From Eukaryota sp. TZLM1-RC (taxonomy: Eukaryota; Protista; Metamonada: BaSk clade), in the NCBI GenBank assembly GCA_040285825.1, contig JAUPSS010000004.1, positions 4,307,784 through 4,371,783 of the forward strand: a stretch of DNA of 64,000 bases. The letters are read 5' to 3'. This document shows, piece by piece, positions 58,273 through 64,000 of the stretch. Within the stretch, counting starts at the first letter, position 1. Every line of letters begins with the position of its first letter. A model generated the notes under the pieces. It was not told the origin of the DNA, did no database searches, and saw only the letters and a list, made by a program, of their open reading frames with translations. The position numbers and the translations under genes were made by a program.

Positions 58273-58329
58273 CGGTTAATAGCACACTGTTGTCAAATAG
58301 TAGTAGTAGTAGTAGTAGTAATCTGTTGA

Positions 58330-58680
58330 GTCCACTGGAGAAGATTCAACAACAATCAATCAAGTTGGACTTTTTCCAACAGCATACAAAACACAATTTG
58401 TATCCATTTGTATTTTCTTTATTTGGTTCACTTGCTCCAACTGCTTTTCGTATATTGACAGATTTTGAAATGATTGTGAAGAAAAGAACCAATCGAAATT
58501 TTAACAGATTGTGTTGGCAAAATAGAATTGTGTTTACTACTTTTAAGGGGATGTTGAAGATGACTTCTGATGCTTTGCTTTCTCTTAGATCTCACTATGA
58601 GAGAGTTGAATCTAGTTTTTTTATTTTGGGAGAGATGGATTATTTAAATGTTGATTTTTCAGTTGTTTAATAAATAAATA
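58330..58680 (+). mobile_element. 3' end of a REL non-LTR element, preceded by (TAG)7
   Basis: LYPFVFSLFGSLAP...WQNRIVF matches the REL C-terminus; ends in TTTAATAAATA like the CRE copy at 24588. Confidence 0.65.
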
Positions 58681-59077
58681 TTTGTGAACAAAGTTGGACT
58701 TCACAAAAGAAATAAACACCGTTGACTTTGATCCCATAGACATACACAGTTCCTGGCAGTGGAGAATCCATGTGTAAGGACAGTTAAAGTTGTGGTTTCC
58801 TGTAAGATCTTGAAGCAAATACCTCACAATTCTTTATATTTTTGCGAATACAAATGCCATGTGATCCAAAGTGTTCTGTACGGATGATCCCAAGACAAAT
58901 GACACATGGATTTCCGCAGTGGATAAAGTTAAATGTTTGGTTCTCAACAAAACTTGTATTTTGAAAACAGTATTGAGAAATAGGAATAAAATGCCCATCT
59001 ATAATAGGTAGTATTGTATTTGTCAGATGCAGTCACTAAATACACAAATACTATAATAACTAGAATAAGATTCAAAC

Positions 59078-60181
59078 TTAGTTCTTTTGTTTTAACCTTT
59101 GAATCATCTCAGGAGTTAACTTAACCTTTCGTTTAGCTACTGATGCATCTTTTACTTGTTTCTTCTGCAAATATTGGTCATACAGCAAACAAAGATTTTC
59201 AGCATCAATACTCTGAATAAACTCATCAAAAACATCAGTTTCTGTAATGACTCTAGTCATCTGTGGGTATAACACCTCTCGTTTAAACACTTCTCTTTCT
59301 TTACAATTAATAAAATCATCAGGAAAAACATCAGGAAAACTGTCTGCATAGTATTCATAATCTACTTTATCCATCAACAATCCTTGACCCGGTGCTTTTG
59401 GGGTAGGAAGGGCCACCTCAGCTGATAGAGCGGCAGTAATGTAGCCCTCTGGTATGAGGTTCTTAAATACTGCAATAACAGTCCCAACCATTTTTCTTAT
59501 TTGGTGTAGTAAAAAACTTCTACCATGTAGATAAACCAAGACAAATGCTTCTGAATTATCAAGAAAGTCAACAGAAATCTCTAGAATATCACGTTTGCAC
59601 TTTGGATCAGTCGGTGATAATTGAGCTGTATAATTGAAAAAATTATTGTTATTACCAACGAAATGCTGAAACAAACCATTCAACTTTTCCAAGTGGTCCT
59701 TATCTAATGTCCAATCTTCAGTAGCAGTACTAGGTTTAAGAACACTTGTTGGGATAAGGTACTCGTAATGTCTAGCAGTGCCACTCCTTCGAGCATCAAA
59801 AGAGGGGGTGACTCTAATGGTCTTGATAACTTGAATGTCATTGGGTAAATGTTGATTCAACTTGGTGGTGAAAACACTTGGGTCTTCCTGTTCAGGGAAC
59901 ATGCCAGCTAGAACATTGCCAGCAGCAGAGACTCCTTTGTCTGTCCTTCCAGCTCTGCTCCACCGTGACTCGGGAAGACTAGGTTTAGTGGGGTGATAAA
60001 GGGAAGAGTCAAGGAAGGCTTGATGAATCTTGCTTTCAATTGTTTCAACATCGGGTTGTATTTGAAGTCCACAATAGTTTGCGCCTACATAGCTAATCAG
60101 AAATGCGTACTTCCTGCTTTTTAATGGCTGGTTATCAGTATCATCAACGTGAGCTTGCTTTAAAGGAGGTTCAGAAGACAT
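59078..60181 (-). CDS. PUS1: tRNA pseudouridine synthase, TruA/PUS1 family
   Basis: Y.G..Y.GLQ, AGRTDKGVSA (catalytic Asp), FDARR, R.YEY, FFNYT, G.SFLLHQIRKMVG, PKAPGQGL. Confidence 0.93.
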   Translation of the reverse strand: MSSEPPLKQAHVDDTDNQPLKSRKYAFLISYVGANYCGLQIQPDVETIESKIHQAFLDSSLYHPTKPSLPESRWSRAGRTDKGVSAAGNVLAGMFPEQEDPSVFTTKLNQHLPNDIQVIKTIRVTPSFDARRSGTARHYEYLIPTSVLKPSTATEDWTLDKDHLEKLNGLFQHFVGNNNNFFNYTAQLSPTDPKCKRDILEISVDFLDNSEAFVLVYLHGRSFLLHQIRKMVGTVIAVFKNLIPEGYITAALSAEVALPTPKAPGQGLLMDKVDYEYYADSFPDVFPDDFINCKEREVFKREVLYPQMTRVITETDVFDEFIQSIDAENLCLLYDQYLQKKQVKDASVAKRKVKLTPEMIQRLKQKN

Positions 60182-61354
60182 CAGCTTAAAGCACACTAAT
60201 GTCAAATAGTGGTATGTAGCAACCCTGATAAGATTGTAGCGGATGTAGATGAAATGAATCACATTAATTTATCAAAACTTCATGCTTCCATTTTTCTGTG
60301 GTTAATAACCCACACCACACCAAACATGTGTGTAAACGCCTCAAAAACACTTGTTGAAAAAATAAATAAAAATAAAAAAATAATAGTCCTTCAGTTATAG
60401 AGCAAGATGTTTTCAACAATATTGATGCAGAAAAACATTCGAAATTGTCCTTTTTAAAGATTTGTTACTCAGGTAAAGAGAATTGTTGGTTGCGTTTGCT
60501 ACATCTTCAAACCATTTACAAATTGAGCCTGTGATAGTGGTTGTATCAACTCGACATCTTTCTAAGTCAGCTTTTATAGGTAACAACATAGCAAAGATTT
60601 TGTTTTGATCTTGTACAATCGTCATATAATACAACATGATTTCGTTGATTTCCTATTCTATACGAGGAAGATTATCAGTTGAAGCAGGAATTTTTTGTAT
60701 TATTTGCAACAATTAATTTAAGAAAACACAAAGGAGATATTTGATGTCTTTTTTTGTGGTGCTCAGAGATCAGGATTTTATAGGAATAATTTGAATTTAG
60801 TACGATTAGTTAAATTATTATTTATTGTTATAATTATAATTATTATAATGTTAAATTTTATACAGTGTTGTAGTTCCAATGAAATTGTATCCATCATTGG
60901 TCCTCCTTATTGTGTTGAATACAATTGCAGCTGGAGCTTCGAATTTGCGCTGTATTTTTTAGGAATATTTTTGTTTTTAAGTAAAAGACGTAATTTCAGT
61001 TGTTCATATTAATATAGATTTAGTGAACTTGCACACGTGACAAAATAAACTCATAACAAAAGATAGAGTCCTCACCAGCGATGGAAAAGAGATCCATGCT
61101 TGAGTTGTCCATTGACAAGACCAATCAACCAGTAGGGGCTAGATCAGTTGAAGCCAGAGAGTCTAGCGTAGAATTCCCCGAGAAAGAGGTGTTGGCCTGT
61201 GGGGGTATTGTTCATTATCTCAATGAATTTGAAGCTGGAATTGGCATCTAAATAAATAAATCACCTTGTAAAAACACTATAGAGCCGTATTTGATTCAGC
61301 AAAGGTTAATTGTAGCTATTGGTATCAATTATTTTGAACATTCAAAACGGCAAG

Positions 61355-64000
61355 TGATGCTCTATCCATATATGATAACAAAGAATAAGGAATAATTTAT
61401 TAGAATTTCACCGGCCCTTATAAAGGCCATCACTAGTGAACTATGTTATATAAATATAAATGTACTAGACTAATTGTCCACAGTACAACACTACCTTTTC
61501 CCTCTCTTAGATCTCGAACGAGAGCTACGAGTACTGACTGCAGGGGAATTAGTCTTAGATTTGGAATTAGAAGATACCTTCCGTTTCCTGGTAGTGTGAG
61601 GACTAATAGAGCGCAAATATGTTTGATATGCCTCAGTGCTTTTGACGTCAGCAACTGGGACAGACGAAGTCTCGCCGCCATACCAAACTGCGGTACAATA
61701 AGGAACTTTATTATTGTTCGAATCTACGTAATCAAAGTGATCTATAATTTTAACGATTACAGATTCTTCCATATCGCCAGCAGCAATATTCTTATGCTAA
61801 TCAAGATCTTCTTTAGGGAAGTCTGAAAGGTATAGTTTACAATGATTTATACTTGCCGTAGACATCGAACCAGTGACAAGATTCTTGAGTAATAAACTTT
61901 TATTGGGTTTAACTTCTTCAACGAGAAAAGGGCCAGCGAAGCAACCATGGAGTTTACCATTAGTCTTTAATCGCAAAACTAAGTCACCTTTATTAAAAGG
62001 GTTCCTATGTTTGTTAACTTCAGGCAGTTGTTGAGCTTGCCTGAGCTCTGCCTCTTCTCTCTTCTTTGAAATCCTTTCAAGTTTTGCTTCAAGATCTTTA
62101 ACAAAGGGAATATTAACATTAGCTGATTTTATTAATTCAAACATATTACTAGGATCAGCTCTAGGGCTGTGGTCGCTACCAAACATTAAATTGTAGGGCG
62201 AATGTAAGTAACGAATGTAAGTACTAATAGTTGAATTGATTTGAAGTTGTACAATTGGGATATATTCACTCCAATTGCTATAATCGCCAGAGTCCACCAA
62301 AATCTTTCTTAGACTTTGTAAGATGTCTCTGTGTCGTCTTTCTACTAAACCATTGCTTTGTGAAAAGCTAGTTAGTGAACGACTTACTTCAATGTTTAAT
62401 AAATCGCATAACCCTTTGAATATGGTATTTGCAAATTCAATACCATTGTCACTATGAATCAACAGTGGGATACCAAAAATTGATACTACACTCCATAGGA
62501 GGTGGTTGGTTGCCTCCACTGCATTCAATTCCTTTACAGGGCAAATGATCGTATACCTAGTGAACGAATCTACGAAAACTATTAAATATTTGAATCCATT
62601 ATCATCTTGTTGTAATGGTCCAATAGTATCTGCGTTTAATCGTGCAAAAGGTCGATCAGCCCAAAGAGAGCCAGATGATTCAATGACTTTTTTAGGCACA
62701 TGTGCCGTCTTTTGACATGCTGGGCATCTCTTAATATGATTAAGCATGTCTTTGCGCATGTCGGGCCAAAAGTAATCACTATTGAGTAATTTCTTTACGC
62801 TAGTCGTCACACTAGGATGGCCAACATTTGCATGTCCATGAATGATAGTTAAAGTCTGCTTCTTTAAACTATCTGGGATAACAATCTTCCCACGATTGTT
62901 GGTATACAATTGAATATCTGAATTATAATTGTAATCTTTATAATAATCAGGATTTGAATCAACATCTATAAGTTGTTCTTGCCTAATCTTTGAGATCCAA
63001 GTGTCAAATAAATCAAATTTAGTATCCTCAACTGCTTCTTTCAGTGCAGATAAGCTATTGATCGTGGGTAGCTCAATTGTGGACGGTTGAGTAATTTCAT
63101 CCCTTAACAAATTAACTCTAGTTAATAAATTTAAATAGGGTAATTGTTCTTCAACTCTGTGAGGTGCCAAGTTTCTCACTTGTTGGACTCGAGGGGTTTT
63201 GGGTTTGGTATCAACCAATCTAGACAACATGTCTGCCCAATAATTCTCCTCGCCTGCCGTGTGGACTACATCAAAATTGAATTCTGACAATATTGGTAGC
63301 CACTTCTTCACAATTCTGTTCTTTTCAGGAGCTGATATAAGGTATGCTAAATTTCTATGATCAGTGAAAATAGTTAATTTCCTCGAAATTAAATAATTTT
63401 CTAAACTACTGTCAGTGAGAATTAGTAAAATTGCATACAACTCTTTCTGAAGTACAGACCAATTCTTTTGTGAAGTTGATAATAATCTGCTAAAGAAGGC
63501 AATTGGTACAACCTTTCTCTTAATTAGCGGTGTCGTAGGATCTTTAGGTGGGTTAGCTTCTTGCCATATTACTCCACCTACAGCCACATCAGACGCATCA
63601 GCACTTATTAAAATATGCTTGTCTTCTGAGGGCAATTCAAGAGGGATATTTGCTTTGATAAGATTTATAATCTTACCAAAAGCCTCGTCATGATCAGAAG
63701 TCCACTTGATCTTTGACGGTTTGTTTCTGGTTAATTTGTTGATTGGTTCTATCAAATCAGACAAGTTTGGCGACCAGTCACGTATATAATTAATCGAACC
63801 TATAAAACTCCTAACCTCAGGTAATGTCCTGGGTTTGGGTAGGTTGATCAGTCCCTCAATCCTAGATTCATCTATACAACGGGTTTTGTTTACAAAAATA
63901 CTACCTAGAATTTTTATTTCATGTTTGCAAGTGGTAAAGCTACACTTGGGTAGGCCAAGGTTAACTCTAAAACGTTTGGCGCGTTCTAGGACCGTACCTA
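61355..64000 (-). mobile_element. Second Ty3/Gypsy chromovirus-like element (RT end, RNase H, IN, chromo-like domain, 3' LTR 61355-61490), truncated by the window end
   Basis: Pol is colinear with 14914-17838; in-frame TAG at 61797; PPT GAGAGGGAAAAGGTAG, then TGTTG...GCATCA. The LTR end is inferred by analogy with the first element. Confidence 0.9.

Noticed and set aside
61081-61251. 56-aa ORF MEKRSMLELS...GIGI
   Set aside because: Short, no recognisable family and located in a TE-flanking region; cannot be supported as a gene.
11561-61799. Stop-codon reassignment (TAA/TAG read as Gln) suggested by in-frame stops in retroelements
   Set aside because: Host genes contain no internal stops and terminate with TAA, TAG and TGA; the in-frame stops occur only in decaying elements.

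Overview
Eukaryotic, AT-rich, compact genomic DNA, most likely from a flagellated protist (it carries a SPATA17-like gene; the lineage cannot be fixed from sequence alone). It uses the standard genetic code and has tiny spliceosomal introns: all 12 that I could reconstruct are 28-33 nt, with GTTTG or GTAYG donors. Short host-gene blocks alternate with islands of degenerate transposons. Host genes are GSK3, a secreted TSP-C-like lectin-domain protein, SPATA17-like, three hybrid histidine kinases, a formate/nitrite transporter, an acid lipase, a class IV aminotransferase, an NT-C2+DIL protein, PUS1/TruA and three tRNAs. Transposons are CRE-clade REL non-LTR elements, two chromodomain Ty3/Gypsy LTR elements, hAT, MULE, a Tc1/mariner-type MITE and two Fanzor1 (eukaryotic TnpB-like RNA-guided nuclease) remnants. 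The most notable observations are: (1) a Fanzor1 remnant followed by two tandem copies of a structured 61-nt 3'-end module, each with a different downstream sequence, the second ending 4 nt before the lipase ATG; (2) a ~7.4 kb near-perfect palindrome of two histidine kinases that differ almost only in the N-terminal PAS sensor; (3) two diverged LTR elements that share a CTTG flank and an ATG inside the LTR, with no canonical tRNA PBS in the complete copy; (4) microexons of 7-14 nt and an apparent GT-AT intron.
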